Part shown: positions 45,719 to 56,606 of the stretch, piece after piece
Layout of the letters: each line of letters opens with the position of its first letter
How positions within the stretch are numbered: position 1 is the first letter of the stretch
From: Candidatus Humicultor tengchongensis
GTDB lineage: Bacteria > Sysuimicrobiota > Sysuimicrobiia > Sysuimicrobiales > Humicultoraceae
DNA: 64,000 nt
Assembly (NCBI GenBank): GCA_031459715.1
Contig: JAVKIA010000001.1
Coordinates: 144,824 to 208,823, forward strand
Reading direction: 5' to 3'
Notes under the pieces: model-generated
What the model was told of the DNA's origin: nothing
Seen by the model: the letters and a program-made list of their open reading frames with translations, nothing else
Database searches by the model: none
Translations under genes and position numbers: made by a program

Positions 45719-46980
45719 GTATGGCCTACCACGAGTTTCTTCAGGGATATCACGAGTACCAGCCGCGGCGCGTCTACAGCACCACCGCCACCGACTGGCA
45801 GGGACGTGTGGACTTCGCCCGCATGCGCGCCGCCCGTCTGCAGCGGGCGCGGGAGCAGATGGAGCGCCACGGCCTGGGCGGGCTGGTGCTGTTCGTGGGG
45901 GAGAACATCCGCTATGTGACCGGCGTCTGGCAGGGCAACTGGAAAAACAACATTTTCATCCGCTACTGCGTCCTTCCCCGCGGCGGCCAGCCGGTGCTCT
46001 TCGAGACCGTGGGCTCTGACATGGTCTGCGCCCAGATTGACGCCCCCTGGCTGGAGACCGAAGTGCGCCCCGCCATTACCTGGAAGTGGTCGGAGGGGGC
46101 GGAGCCGGAGATGGCTCAGCGCATGGCCCAGAGCGTCTACGACGTGCTGCGGGAGCACGGGGTGCACATGGAGCGCATCGGCATCGACGTCATGGACATG
46201 ATGGCCTACCAGGCGCTGACCGGGCTGGGGCTGAACATCGTCAACGCCTGGCCGGCCATGTCCGCCGCCAGGGTGATCAAGACCCCGGACGAGATCGAGT
46301 GTCTGAAGATCTCCGCCGCCCACGGGGATGCGGCCATGTGGATGGCTATGCACGAGTGGGCCAAGCCCGGCGTGCGCGAGTCTGAGGTCTGCGCCAAGGT
46401 CAACGAGTACCTCTACCGCAGCGGGTTCGACTTCGTCTACGACATCATCGTGGCCAGCGGAGGCAACACCAGCCCCTACCGCCGCTGGCACACCGACAAG
46501 GTGATCCGCCAGGGCGACCTGATGATCGTGGACATCAACGCCGTGGGGCCGGGGGGTTACTTCATCGACTTCGTCCGCTGCTGGAAGGTGGCGGCCAAGC
46601 CCACTCCGCAGGAGAAGGACCTGTTCAAGCGCTGCTACGACTCGCTTTACGCCGGCATCGCCGCCATGAAGCCTGGCGCCACCACGGCGGATGTGGCGGC
46701 GCAGTTCCCCGAGTACGACGACGACAAGTACGGCAGCGTCAGCCTGCAGCAGTTCGCCCACAGCATCGGCCTGTCGCTGTACGAGGGCATGTGGGTGTCC
46801 CGCGCCTACTCCTTCAAGTATCCGGCCGAGATCAAACAGAACATGTACTTCGCCATCGAGACCTTCAGTGGCTTCCCCGGCCTGGAGCAGACGGTACGCC
46901 TGGAGGAGAACATCTGCATCACCGACAAGGGGGCGGAGCGCTTCACCCTGTGCGAGCACCCGGAGTACTGGTGGGACTGA
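45715..46980 (+). CDS. M24 metallopeptidase-family hydrolase (creatinase/prolidase-like, with creatinase N-domain)
   Basis: 'GDLMIVDINAVGPGGYFIDFVRCW' and 'HSIGLSLYEGMWVS', with 'ENICITDKG' in the M24 pita-bread fold. Its ATG overlaps the upstream stop. Confidence 0.75.
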   Translation: MSMAYHEFLQGYHEYQPRRVYSTTATDWQGRVDFARMRAARLQRAREQMERHGLGGLVLFVGENIRYVTGVWQGNWKNNIFIRYCVLPRGGQPVLFETVGSDMVCAQIDAPWLETEVRPAITWKWSEGAEPEMAQRMAQSVYDVLREHGVHMERIGIDVMDMMAYQALTGLGLNIVNAWPAMSAARVIKTPDEIECLKISAAHGDAAMWMAMHEWAKPGVRESEVCAKVNEYLYRSGFDFVYDIIVASGGNTSPYRRWHTDKVIRQGDLMIVDINAVGPGGYFIDFVRCWKVAAKPTPQEKDLFKRCYDSLYAGIAAMKPGATTADVAAQFPEYDDDKYGSVSLQQFAHSIGLSLYEGMWVSRAYSFKYPAEIKQNMYFAIETFSGFPGLEQTVRLEENICITDKGAERFTLCEHPEYWWD

Positions 46981-47044
46981 GTGGGGGTGGCGGCGGAATG
47001 GTCCCCTATGGCAGGCGGGGCGATTGGTGCGATCGGGGTGAGCG

Positions 47045-47899
47045 ATGGAGTTCTGGGTAGGGCAGACGCTGAATGGGCTCTCCTTTGGGGCTCTTCTCTT
47101 TCTGCTGGCCAGCGGGCTCTCATTGATGTTTGGGTTGATGCGCATCGTCAACATCGCCATCGGCTCCTACTACCTGATCGGTGCCTACGTGGCCCTTTCG
47201 GCACTGAAGTTCAGCGGGCAGCTGGGCTTGGCGCTGCTGGGGGCGGTGGCGGCCGTAGCGCTCATCGGCGTGGGTATGCAGCGTTTCCTGCTGGCACGGT
47301 TCCACGCGGAGCCACAGCCTCAAGTCCTGCTCACCATGGGTGCGGCCTTCATGTTCGCTGACATCGCGCTCTGGCTGTGGGGGGGCGACCCCCAGCGCCT
47401 CCCCACGCCAAGAATGGTCGCCTTCTCCGTGGAGATCGGCCCCTCGGTCTTCCCTGCCTACCGCCTGGTTGTGATCGCGGTAGGCGTGCTGGTGTACCTG
47501 TTCCTGTGGCTGATCCAGGAGCGAACCCGCTTGGGGGCCATTGTCCGCGCGGCGGTGGACGACCAAGAGATGGCCAGGGGGCTGGGGATCAACGTGGGAC
47601 GGATTCTCACCGCCATGTTCGCTGTGGGCGCAGGCCTGGCGGCACTGGCGGGCGTGGTGGGCGGGCCGTTCCTGGGCGTCTACCCGGGGGCCGATTTCGA
47701 GGTTATCCCGCTCGCCTTCGCCGTAGTGATCATCGGCGGGCTGGGCAGCTTGCATGGCGCGCTGGCCGGAAGCCTGCTGGTGGGACTGGTGGACAACTTT
47801 GGGAAGGCGCTCTTCCCCGAGCTGTCCTACTTCACGCTGTTCCTGCCCATGGCGCTGGTGCTGGCCATCCGGCCCACCGGGCTTTTCGGGAAGGGGTGA
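47045..47899 (+). CDS. livH: Branched-chain amino-acid ABC transporter permease
   Basis: LivH-type TM protein. It is followed directly by livM, a PBP, livG and livF. Confidence 0.8.
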   Translation: MEFWVGQTLNGLSFGALLFLLASGLSLMFGLMRIVNIAIGSYYLIGAYVALSALKFSGQLGLALLGAVAAVALIGVGMQRFLLARFHAEPQPQVLLTMGAAFMFADIALWLWGGDPQRLPTPRMVAFSVEIGPSVFPAYRLVVIAVGVLVYLFLWLIQERTRLGAIVRAAVDDQEMARGLGINVGRILTAMFAVGAGLAALAGVVGGPFLGVYPGADFEVIPLAFAVVIIGGLGSLHGALAGSLLVGLVDNFGKALFPELSYFTLFLPMALVLAIRPTGLFGKG

Positions 47900-48948
47900 G
47901 CTCACTGCGCAGCGTCCTGCGGGTGCTCCGTCCCGTGGCGCTGGCCGCCCTGGCCGCTGCCTTTCTGGTCGTGCCACGGATCGTGCCGGTCTACTTCGTA
48001 CACCTCCTCATCCTGACGCTCGTCTACGGCACCATGGCCATGAGCCTGGACCTGCTTATGGGCTACACCGGGCTGGTCTCCTTCGGTCACGCAGCGTACT
48101 TCGGGGTCGGGGGCTATACCGTGGGAATCCTGGCACTGCGCTATGGCCTGCCCACGCTGGCCGCGGGGGTGGGCGGGGTGCTGGTGGCCTTCGTGCAGGC
48201 CCTGCTGTTTGGCCTGGTGGCACTCCGAGCCACCGCCGTCTACTTTCTGATCATCACACTGGCCCTGGGCATGGCGACGTGGGGTCTGGCCTACCGCTGG
48301 GTCTCTCTCACCGGGGGTGACAACGGACTGGCGGGGATCCCTCCGCCGGAGGTGGGGTTGCCCTGGTCGCTGAGCGATCCCACCAACCTCTACTACCTGA
48401 TCCTGGGTGTGGTGGTCCTGGCCGCGCTGGTTCTTTACCGGTTCGTGAGATCGCCGTTCGGGCTCAGTCTGCGGGGCATCCGGGAGAGCGAGTCTCGCAT
48501 GCGGGTGCTGGGCTATAACACCTGGGCTCACAAGTACGTGGCCTTCGTGGTGGCCGGAACTTTCTCCGGGCTCGGTGGCGTCCTCTACGTCTTCTACAAC
48601 GGCTTCGTCAGCCCCGCGGACGTCCACCTGACCGGTTCCGCGGAAGCCGTCCTCATGGTGCTGCTGGGCGGGTCCGGCACGCTCTTTGGTCCCGTGATCG
48701 GCGCGGGAGTTGTGGTCTTCCTGCGCAACCTGGTCAGTGCTTACACCCACCGCTGGCTGCTGATTCTGGGGCTGGTGTACGTGCTCACCGTGCTCTACGC
48801 GCCGCGCGGCATCCTGGGTGCGGCGCAGGAGTTGTGGAGGCGCCTGGAGCGGGCGGTGGTGAGGGAAGCGGAGCCCAGGGCGGAGGTGAGACCCATAGAG
48901 GAGGTTGCACCGCAACAGAATCCCACTGGAGGGGAGGAGAGCGTATGA
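47896..48948 (+). CDS. livM: Branched-chain amino-acid ABC transporter permease
   Basis: GTG overlaps the livH stop (GTGA). LivM-type TM protein. Confidence 0.8.
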   Translation: MSSLRSVLRVLRPVALAALAAAFLVVPRIVPVYFVHLLILTLVYGTMAMSLDLLMGYTGLVSFGHAAYFGVGGYTVGILALRYGLPTLAAGVGGVLVAFVQALLFGLVALRATAVYFLIITLALGMATWGLAYRWVSLTGGDNGLAGIPPPEVGLPWSLSDPTNLYYLILGVVVLAALVLYRFVRSPFGLSLRGIRESESRMRVLGYNTWAHKYVAFVVAGTFSGLGGVLYVFYNGFVSPADVHLTGSAEAVLMVLLGGSGTLFGPVIGAGVVVFLRNLVSAYTHRWLLILGLVYVLTVLYAPRGILGAAQELWRRLERAVVREAEPRAEVRPIEEVAPQQNPTGGEESV

Positions 48949-50195
48949 GAAGGTCGATGGTCGTAGCACTGTGCGCGGTGCTGGTGCTCGTGGCCACGCT
49001 GGGTGGGGTCCCGCCCACGGGCTGGGCCCAGCAAGGACCCATCAAGATCGGTGCCGCCTGGCCACTCACCGGCTTGGTGGCGGCCAGCGGCAAGGACATG
49101 CTTAACGGGTTCGAGCTCTATCTTGAATCAATCAACCGCACCATGGCCGGCCGCCGGGTCGAGTTCATCATGGAGGACACGGGTGGCGTCCCGGCCAACG
49201 CCCTGACCAAGACACGTAAGCTGGTAGAGCGGGACCGCGTCCACCTGGTGATGGTGGGCCTGCTGGCCACCGAGGGGTATGCGGTCCGCGACTACGTTAC
49301 CCGCTTCAGGGCCATCACGCTGTTTCCTATCGTCGCCGCAGACGACCTCACCCAGCGCGTCGGCAGCCCCTACATCATCCGCACTGGGTGGGCCAGCAGC
49401 CAGCCCTCCCACCCCTTCGCCGAGTACGTCTACAAAACCCTGAGGTACCGGAAGGTCGCCACCATTGCCAATGACTATGCCTTCGGGTACGAGGTGGTAG
49501 GGGGGTTCCACAAGAGCTTTGAGGACCTGGGTGGGTGCGTGGTGCAGAAGATCTGGAACCCCCTGGGGACCCCGGACTTCGGTCCCTTCCTGGCCCAGCT
49601 CCGCCGCGACGTGGACGCCATCTTCGCCCTGGAGGTGGGGGCGGATGCGATCCGCTTCATGAAGCAGTACGAGGAGTTCGGGCTGAAGGCCCGGCTGCCG
49701 CTCATCGGCGGCGGCGTCCTCACCGATGAGAGCCTGCTGCGCAGTATGGGGGATGAGGCCATTGGGACCATCACCGCGCTGCAGTGGTCCGCGGCCCTGG
49801 CCACCGATCACGCCAAGCGCTTCGTGGACGCCTATAAGGCCAAGTTCGGAACCGCACCCTCCTACTACGCCGAATCGCTTTACAGCACCGGTCGCTGGAT
49901 CGACGCCGCCGTCCGCCGCATCCGGGGCAACGTGGAGGACAAGACAGCTTTCATCAACGCGCTGAAGATGGTGGAGCTGTTCGATGCGGCCCGCGGGCCC
50001 ATCAAGCTCGATAAGTACAACAACCCCATCCACAACGTCTACGTGCGCCGCGTGGAGAAGGTAGCCGGTACCCTGCAGAATACCGTCATCTACACCTTCT
50101 TCAACGTGTCGCAGTTCTGGAAGTACGACCCGCAGAAGTTCTTGCAGCAGCCGCTCTACACGCGGGACTTTCCGCCGCTGTCCGGCTGCCGCTAG
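48945..50195 (+). CDS. ABC transporter substrate-binding protein, Leu/Ile/Val-binding family (PBP type 1)
   Basis: ATG overlaps the livM stop (ATGA). Signal peptide 'MRRSMVVALCAVLVLVATLGG' and 'IKIGAAWPLTGLVAASGKDMLNGFELY'. Confidence 0.8.
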   Translation: MRRSMVVALCAVLVLVATLGGVPPTGWAQQGPIKIGAAWPLTGLVAASGKDMLNGFELYLESINRTMAGRRVEFIMEDTGGVPANALTKTRKLVERDRVHLVMVGLLATEGYAVRDYVTRFRAITLFPIVAADDLTQRVGSPYIIRTGWASSQPSHPFAEYVYKTLRYRKVATIANDYAFGYEVVGGFHKSFEDLGGCVVQKIWNPLGTPDFGPFLAQLRRDVDAIFALEVGADAIRFMKQYEEFGLKARLPLIGGGVLTDESLLRSMGDEAIGTITALQWSAALATDHAKRFVDAYKAKFGTAPSYYAESLYSTGRWIDAAVRRIRGNVEDKTAFINALKMVELFDAARGPIKLDKYNNPIHNVYVRRVEKVAGTLQNTVIYTFFNVSQFWKYDPQKFLQQPLYTRDFPPLSGCR

Positions 50196-50223
50196 TAAGG
50201 CGGAGGCGCCCCCGGGAGGTGCG

Positions 50224-50985
<762 letters not shown>

Positions 50986-50986
50986 A

Positions 50987-51697
50987 ATGAGCAGCCGGCC
51001 GATCCTGGAGATCGAGGACATCCACACCTACTACGGCGAGAGCTACATCCTGCAGGGGGTCTCCCTACAGGTGGCCGAGGGCAGCGTAGTGGCGGTGCTG
51101 GGGCGTAACGGGATGGGAAAGACCACGCTCATCCGCTCCATCATCGGGTTTACCCCGCCCCGCAGGGGACGGATCGTCTACCGCGGCACCGACATCACTC
51201 GCCGTCCCTCCCACGAGATCGCCCGCATGGGTGTGGGGATCGTGCCCCAGGCGCGGCGTATCTTCCCGTCCCTCACCGCGCTGGAGAACCTTGCCGTGGC
51301 GGCCCGGCAGAGCCCGAAAAACGAGTGGGACCTGGCCCGCGTCTTCGAGGTCTTCCCGCGGCTGCAGGAGCGTCTGCACCACAGGGGAGGTAAGCTCAGC
51401 GGCGGCGAGCAGCAGATGCTGGCCATTGCCCGCGCCCTGATGACCAATCCCGCGTTCCTCCTGATGGACGAGCCCTCGGAGGGCCTGGCCCCGCTGCTGG
51501 TGATGGAGCTGCGGGACGTGCTGCTGGATCTGAGGCGGCGCGGTCTATCCATCCTGCTCGTGGAGCAGAACCTCCCCCTGGCGTTGCGGGTGGCAGACGT
51601 CGTGCACGTGCTGAGCAAGGGCCGTGTGGTTTTCGAGGGCTCACCACAGGAGCTAGACGCGGCGGAGGAGGTCAAGCGGCGCTACCTGGGCGTGTAG
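50987..51697 (+). CDS. livF: Branched-chain amino-acid ABC transporter ATP-binding protein
   Basis: Walker A 'GRNGMGKTT' and signature 'LSGGEQQM'. Starts 1 nt after the livG stop. Confidence 0.85.
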   Translation: MSSRPILEIEDIHTYYGESYILQGVSLQVAEGSVVAVLGRNGMGKTTLIRSIIGFTPPRRGRIVYRGTDITRRPSHEIARMGVGIVPQARRIFPSLTALENLAVAARQSPKNEWDLARVFEVFPRLQERLHHRGGKLSGGEQQMLAIARALMTNPAFLLMDEPSEGLAPLLVMELRDVLLDLRRRGLSILLVEQNLPLALRVADVVHVLSKGRVVFEGSPQELDAAEEVKRRYLGV

Positions 51698-51729
51698 AGC
51701 GCAACAGGAAGCGGGAAGAGGGGATACGG

Positions 51730-52611
51730 ATGCTTGAGGGCACAAGGTTTGCCTATTCTCCCATCGTCGACCGGCCGCCGCTGCGGCTACCCGGTGGGGC
51801 CCGCGTGGCGGTGTGGGTGGTGGTGAATGTGGAGCTGTGGGACATTGCCCGTCCCCTGCCCAGGACGCTACTTCCTGCCCCTGGCGGGGGATCCTACGTG
51901 CCGGACGTTACCAACTACGGTTGGTACGACTACGGACTGCGGGTGGGTTTCTGGCGCCTGCGAGAGGTGCTGGACCGCTACCACGTGCCCGCCACGCTAT
52001 CCATCAACGGGGCGGTGTGCACGACTCACCCGCGGTTGGTGGAGGCGGCGCTGGAGAGCCGCTGGGAGTTCCTGGCCCACGGCTACCTGCAGCGTCCCCT
52101 GCACCAGGAGGAGCGGGAGCGCGAAGTGATCCACATGACTGCGGAAGCCATCGCCAAAGCCACCGGCCGCCGACCGCGAGGGTGGTTGAGCCCGGGACTT
52201 GTGGAGACCTGGGCGACGTTGGACCACCTGGCAGCGGAGGGGTTCGAGTACGTGGCCGACTGGACCAACGACGACCAGCCCTACGAAATCCTGACACCGA
52301 CGACACCCCTGGTGGCGGTGCCGTACTCGCTGGAGATCAACGACATCCCCATGTTCCTGATCCAGCACCACCCCGCGCAGGAGCTCCTCCGCCGGTCGCA
52401 GGACCAGTTCTCCACCTACTATCGCGAGGGAGAGCGCAGCGCCCGCATCATGGCCGTAGCGGTGCATCCCTACATCACCGGTGTCCCCCATCGCATCGGG
52501 TACCTGGAGCAGGTCCTGGCCCACCTGCGGCGACACGAGGGCGTGCTCTTCTGGACGGGCTCCCAGATCGTCGACTGGTACCGGGAGATCAGGGCCGCGG
52601 GGGACGTATAA
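51730..52611 (+). CDS. Polysaccharide-deacetylase-family hydrolase (divergent NodB/PuuE-like)
   Basis: 'VAVWVVVNVELWD', 'HVPATLSINGAVCTTHPRLVEA' and 'EFLAHGY' are typical of the PuuE/allantoinase-like deacetylase family. The specific function is uncertain. Confidence 0.6.
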   Translation: MLEGTRFAYSPIVDRPPLRLPGGARVAVWVVVNVELWDIARPLPRTLLPAPGGGSYVPDVTNYGWYDYGLRVGFWRLREVLDRYHVPATLSINGAVCTTHPRLVEAALESRWEFLAHGYLQRPLHQEEREREVIHMTAEAIAKATGRRPRGWLSPGLVETWATLDHLAAEGFEYVADWTNDDQPYEILTPTTPLVAVPYSLEINDIPMFLIQHHPAQELLRRSQDQFSTYYREGERSARIMAVAVHPYITGVPHRIGYLEQVLAHLRRHEGVLFWTGSQIVDWYREIRAAGDV

Positions 52612-52639
52612 GGACCTGGCCATGAAGAGGAGGTGAGCC

Positions 52640-53836
52640 ATGGCAAACCCATTTGCTGTCCAGCCTCACCAGCAACAGCTGCTGGAGCTGGTGCGCGAGT
52701 TCGTAGCGCGGGTTGTGGCCCCGGTGGCTGCCGAGCTAGATCGTCGCCAAGACCCCGAGCAGTGCTTCTCCTGGCAGATCGTGGAGGAGGCCTCCCGCGT
52801 GGGAATCCGCACCCTGACCTTGGGGGAGGAGTACGGCGGAGCCGGAGCTGACTCGCTCACCACGGCCATGGTGATCGAGGAGCTGGCCAAGGGCGACCTG
52901 GGCGTTGCGGTGATCTTCGCCCAGACCCTGAAGATCGCTCAGACGCTGCAGCGGGCCTGCACCCCGGAACAGGCGGCCCGGTTCATCCCGCCCTACGCCG
53001 CTGACCCCCGCGGGTTGCTGGCCATCGCCATCACGGAGCCGGACACCTCATCCAACTACATCATCCCCTACGACAGCCCCCAGGCGCCTTACCGGACGAC
53101 GGCTGTGCGCCGGAACGGTGTGTGGACGCTCAACGGCATGAAGCACTTCATCAGCAACGGCAACCGGGCGATGCTCTACCTGGTCTTTGCCCAGACCGAT
53201 CCCGGCAAGAGCCTGGTGGAGGGTAGCACCTGTTTTCTGGTGCCGAGAGACACGCCGGGTTTTTCTATCGGGCGCGTGCACGACAAGATGGGCGAGCGAT
53301 TGGTGAACAATGCCGAGCTGATCTTCCGGGACTGCCGTCTGGGTGACGACCACGTCCTGGGCGAGGTGGGCGGGGGCTTTGACATCCTGGTACAGTTCTT
53401 CCCGGCCAGCAACGCCTATGCCGCCGCCAGCGTCCTGGGGGTGGCCGGTGCGGCCTATGAGCGGACTCTGCGCTGGGCGCGGGAGCGCGTGCAGGGCGGC
53501 CGGCGGCTGATCGACCACGACACCACCGCACAGGACCTGGCGGAGATGCGGATGCTCCTGGATGCGGCGCGGGCCTACACCTACCAGGCAGCCTACACCG
53601 CCGACCACCGCGAGTACTGGGACCCCACTCTGGGCGCGTTGCCCAAGGTCTTCGCCTCCCGGGTGGCCTGGCAGGTGGTGACCAAGGCGCTGGAGCTGCA
53701 CGGTGGGTACGGCTATATGCGGGAGATGGGTGTGGAGAAGCTGGTGCGGGACGCCGCGGCCTTCCTGCACTCCGACGGCGCCAACCGATCGCTCCTGCTC
53801 AAGGGGGCCCGGTTCATCCGGCGAGCGGCCGCCTGA
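52640..53836 (+). CDS. Acyl-CoA dehydrogenase
   Basis: 'AIAITEPDTSSN' and 'ELHGGYGYMRE'. FAD-binding ACAD fold. 398 aa. Confidence 0.85.
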   Translation: MANPFAVQPHQQQLLELVREFVARVVAPVAAELDRRQDPEQCFSWQIVEEASRVGIRTLTLGEEYGGAGADSLTTAMVIEELAKGDLGVAVIFAQTLKIAQTLQRACTPEQAARFIPPYAADPRGLLAIAITEPDTSSNYIIPYDSPQAPYRTTAVRRNGVWTLNGMKHFISNGNRAMLYLVFAQTDPGKSLVEGSTCFLVPRDTPGFSIGRVHDKMGERLVNNAELIFRDCRLGDDHVLGEVGGGFDILVQFFPASNAYAAASVLGVAGAAYERTLRWARERVQGGRRLIDHDTTAQDLAEMRMLLDAARAYTYQAAYTADHREYWDPTLGALPKVFASRVAWQVVTKALELHGGYGYMREMGVEKLVRDAAAFLHSDGANRSLLLKGARFIRRAAA

Positions 53837-53845
53837 AGGCCCGGT

Positions 53846-54643
53846 ATGCTGGTGATGCGGATCCTGGTAGCCGTCAAACAGGTCATCACACCGGACCTGC
53901 CGCCGGAACTCTTCGAGCTCGATCCCGTCGCCCTGCGCCAGCGGCCTGACGGCCACCCGCTGGTGGCGTCGGTGTACGACGAGCACGCCCTGGAGGTGGC
54001 GCTGCAGATCAAGGATCGCCACGGGGCGGCGGTGATGGTCGCCACGGTGGGACCCGAGGCTGCAACGCGCGTCCTGCGCAAGGCGCTGGCCATGGGAGCC
54101 GACGAGGCTCTCCGCGTCGACCCGGAGGGAGCGGACGACCGGGACTCCGGGGTCATCGCTGCGCTTCTGGCCGCGGTGGCGGTGCGACAGGGGGCCTCTC
54201 TGGTCCTTTGTGGCTGCCAGTCCGCGGACTGGGGTTGGGAGCAGACAGGTCCTCTGGTGGCGGGCATCCTGGCTTGGCCATGTGTCACCTTCGCCACCGC
54301 AGTGGACGTGGCACCCGGCTACCTTCTGGTCACCCGGCCGGTGAGGGACGGGTACGAACGTTTGCGCGTTCGGGGGTCGGCTGTGGTCACCATAACCAGC
54401 TCTCGGGGTAATCAGCCGCGCATGCCGCGCGTGCGGGCGATCCTCCAGGCCGAGCGGCGGGCCATCGCGGTGCTCCCGGCTGGTGAGCTGACTTCGCATA
54501 CGGCCGTCCGGCCCTCCCCGCGGCTGGTGGATCTGCGTCTGACACTGCCCCGGGCTGGGTGCGAGATGGTGGCTGGTGACGCGCCCTCCGACCAGGCGCG
54601 CGCCCTGGTGCAGCTCCTGCGCGACCGTCGTCTCCTCCCCTGA
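53846..54643 (+). CDS. etfB: Electron transfer flavoprotein beta subunit
   Basis: 'MRILVAVKQV' N-terminus and 'LVLCGCQSADWGWEQTGPLVAGILAWPCVT'. Confidence 0.85.
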   Translation: MLVMRILVAVKQVITPDLPPELFELDPVALRQRPDGHPLVASVYDEHALEVALQIKDRHGAAVMVATVGPEAATRVLRKALAMGADEALRVDPEGADDRDSGVIAALLAAVAVRQGASLVLCGCQSADWGWEQTGPLVAGILAWPCVTFATAVDVAPGYLLVTRPVRDGYERLRVRGSAVVTITSSRGNQPRMPRVRAILQAERRAIAVLPAGELTSHTAVRPSPRLVDLRLTLPRAGCEMVAGDAPSDQARALVQLLRDRRLLP

Positions 54644-55623
54644 TGCGTGTCCTGGTACTGGTCACCGACCGGACCCGCCTCCTCACTCGGACGACGCGGG
54701 AGCTGTTGGGGGCTGCCGCTCAGCTCGTGCGGCTCGGGGAAGGCAGGCTGGCCGCAGCCGCGTTCGGCTCCCAGGCGGCTGCGCTGGCAAAGGCCCTGGC
54801 CGAAGCCGGCGTGGAGGTGGCTTACGCAGCCGCTCACCAGTGGCTGGACGGCAGGTGGCCGGAGGCCGACCTGGAGGCCTTCCTGGCCGCGGTAGTCGCG
54901 GCGGAAGCCACCCACGTCATTGTGCCCGCCGACGCCACAGGCCGCGACGTGGCTCCCCGGCTGGCCTGGCGTGCCGGGATGGGCGTGGTTACCCAGGTCA
55001 CCGGGTTCGACCGGGTGGACGGCCAGCTAGTGGCCACGCGCCCGGTCTACGGCGGACGCGCCACTGCGGTCCTGGCGCTGCCCCCCAGGGTGGTTGCGAC
55101 CATCCGGGAGCGCGCCTTTCCCCCGGCCACGCTGAGTGGGCGGGGGGCTGTCGTCTACCTGGACCACTCCCCGCCGCCGGGCGCGGACTCGGTGGAGTTG
55201 GTGGAGCGTATCAGGGAGGAGGATGGTGGCGTGGATCTGGAGGAGGCGCGGGTTGTCGTCTCCGGCGGGCGGGGGGTGGGCGGGCCGGAGGGATTTGCGA
55301 TGCTGGCGGACCTGGCGCGACTGCTCGACGGGGCAGTGGGAGGCTCACGGGCAGCCACCGACGCAGGGTGGCTGCCGCCATCCTGCCAGATCGGCCTGAC
55401 CGGCCGATCCGTAGCCCCCGAGCTGTATATCGCGGTGGGCATCTCGGGTGCCAGCCAGCACCTGGCCGGCGTGAAGGCAGCCCGCACCATCGTCGCCATC
55501 AACATCGACTCCACAGCCCCCATCTTCTCCGCGGCGGACATCGGTGTGGTAGGAGACTGGCGGCCGGTGGTTGAGGCGCTGATCGCGGAGCTTCGGGCGC
55601 GTGATGACGCAAGCGGTCGGTGA
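54643..55623 (+). CDS. etfA: Electron transfer flavoprotein alpha subunit
   Basis: ATG overlaps the etfB stop (TGATG). FAD-binding C-terminus 'SRAATDAGWLPPSCQIGLTGRSVAPELYIAVGISGASQHLAG'. Confidence 0.85.
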   Translation: MRVLVLVTDRTRLLTRTTRELLGAAAQLVRLGEGRLAAAAFGSQAAALAKALAEAGVEVAYAAAHQWLDGRWPEADLEAFLAAVVAAEATHVIVPADATGRDVAPRLAWRAGMGVVTQVTGFDRVDGQLVATRPVYGGRATAVLALPPRVVATIRERAFPPATLSGRGAVVYLDHSPPPGADSVELVERIREEDGGVDLEEARVVVSGGRGVGGPEGFAMLADLARLLDGAVGGSRAATDAGWLPPSCQIGLTGRSVAPELYIAVGISGASQHLAGVKAARTIVAINIDSTAPIFSAADIGVVGDWRPVVEALIAELRARDDASGR

Positions 55624-55689
55624 ATGGCCATGGAGGGTTGCGCCTCGCACGGGCGGCCGTAGGGCTGGCCCCAAGCGACGCGGAGTGTA

Positions 55690-56574
55690 GTGGAGGAACC
55701 AAGCACGCTGAAGGTCGCCGGGGAGGTGAGGGGCTTGGCAAGACAGTTCCGGGCAGAGGAGGTCACCGCGCGCCTGCGGGCCACGGTGGCCGAGGGCTGG
55801 CCGGTCTACGTCGTCGGCGCGGGGACCGGGATCTCAGCCAAGATGGCAGAAATTGGCGGGGCGGACATCGTGGCCACCTACGCCATGGCCCGCTATCGCA
55901 TGTGGGGCCACTCCTCGATGGCGGGCTACCTCTCAATCTGCGACAGCAACCAGGTGACACTGGAGATGGGGGAGCGTGAGGTGATCCCAGCGGTGCGCGA
56001 GGTCCCTGTGGTGGCTGGTTTGCTGGGCGTGGACCCAACGCGGGAGATGGCCAGGCTGCTGGACCGTGTCCAGGTGGCTGGGTTCTCTGGCATTCACAAC
56101 TGCCCCACGGTGGCCCTCATCGACGGCACCTTTCGTGTAGCGCTGGAGGAGACGGGGCTGGGCTTTCACAAAGAGGTGGAGATGGTGCACCTGGCCCACC
56201 GTCGGGGCCTCTTCACCCAGGTGTTCGTGACCACACCGGAAGAGGCCGAGGAGATGGTGACGGCGGGCGCGGACCTGGTCATCGCGCACATGGGGAACTC
56301 CGTCGGGGGCACCGTGGGCATGCGCACAGCCATCTCCCTGGACGACGCGGTGGAGCGCGTCCAGGGCATCATCGACGCCGTCCGGGCCCGGCGGGCCGAT
56401 GGGCTGGTCATCTGTCACGGCGGGCCCATCGCTACCCCCGAGGACTTTGCCTACGTGTTGCAGCGCACGCGCGGGCTGGTGGGGTTCATGGGCGGCTCCG
56501 CGGCCGAGCGCTTCCCGGTGGAGGAAGGTATCAGGGCGGCCACGGAGCGATTCAAGGCGGTGAGGCTGCACTGA
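55690..56574 (+). CDS. TIM-barrel PEP-hydrolase-like protein (Tm-1-like C-terminal domain family)
   Basis: 'VVGAGTGISAKMAEIGGADIV...GFSGIHNCPTVALIDG...HMGNSVGGTVGM...ICHGGPIATPED' matches the TIM-barrel partner of UPF0261 proteins. GTG start. Confidence 0.65.
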   Translation: MEEPSTLKVAGEVRGLARQFRAEEVTARLRATVAEGWPVYVVGAGTGISAKMAEIGGADIVATYAMARYRMWGHSSMAGYLSICDSNQVTLEMGEREVIPAVREVPVVAGLLGVDPTREMARLLDRVQVAGFSGIHNCPTVALIDGTFRVALEETGLGFHKEVEMVHLAHRRGLFTQVFVTTPEEAEEMVTAGADLVIAHMGNSVGGTVGMRTAISLDDAVERVQGIIDAVRARRADGLVICHGGPIATPEDFAYVLQRTRGLVGFMGGSAAERFPVEEGIRAATERFKAVRLH

Positions 56575-56606
56575 CTGGCCATACGGATGCACCGGCGAGA
56601 GCGGTC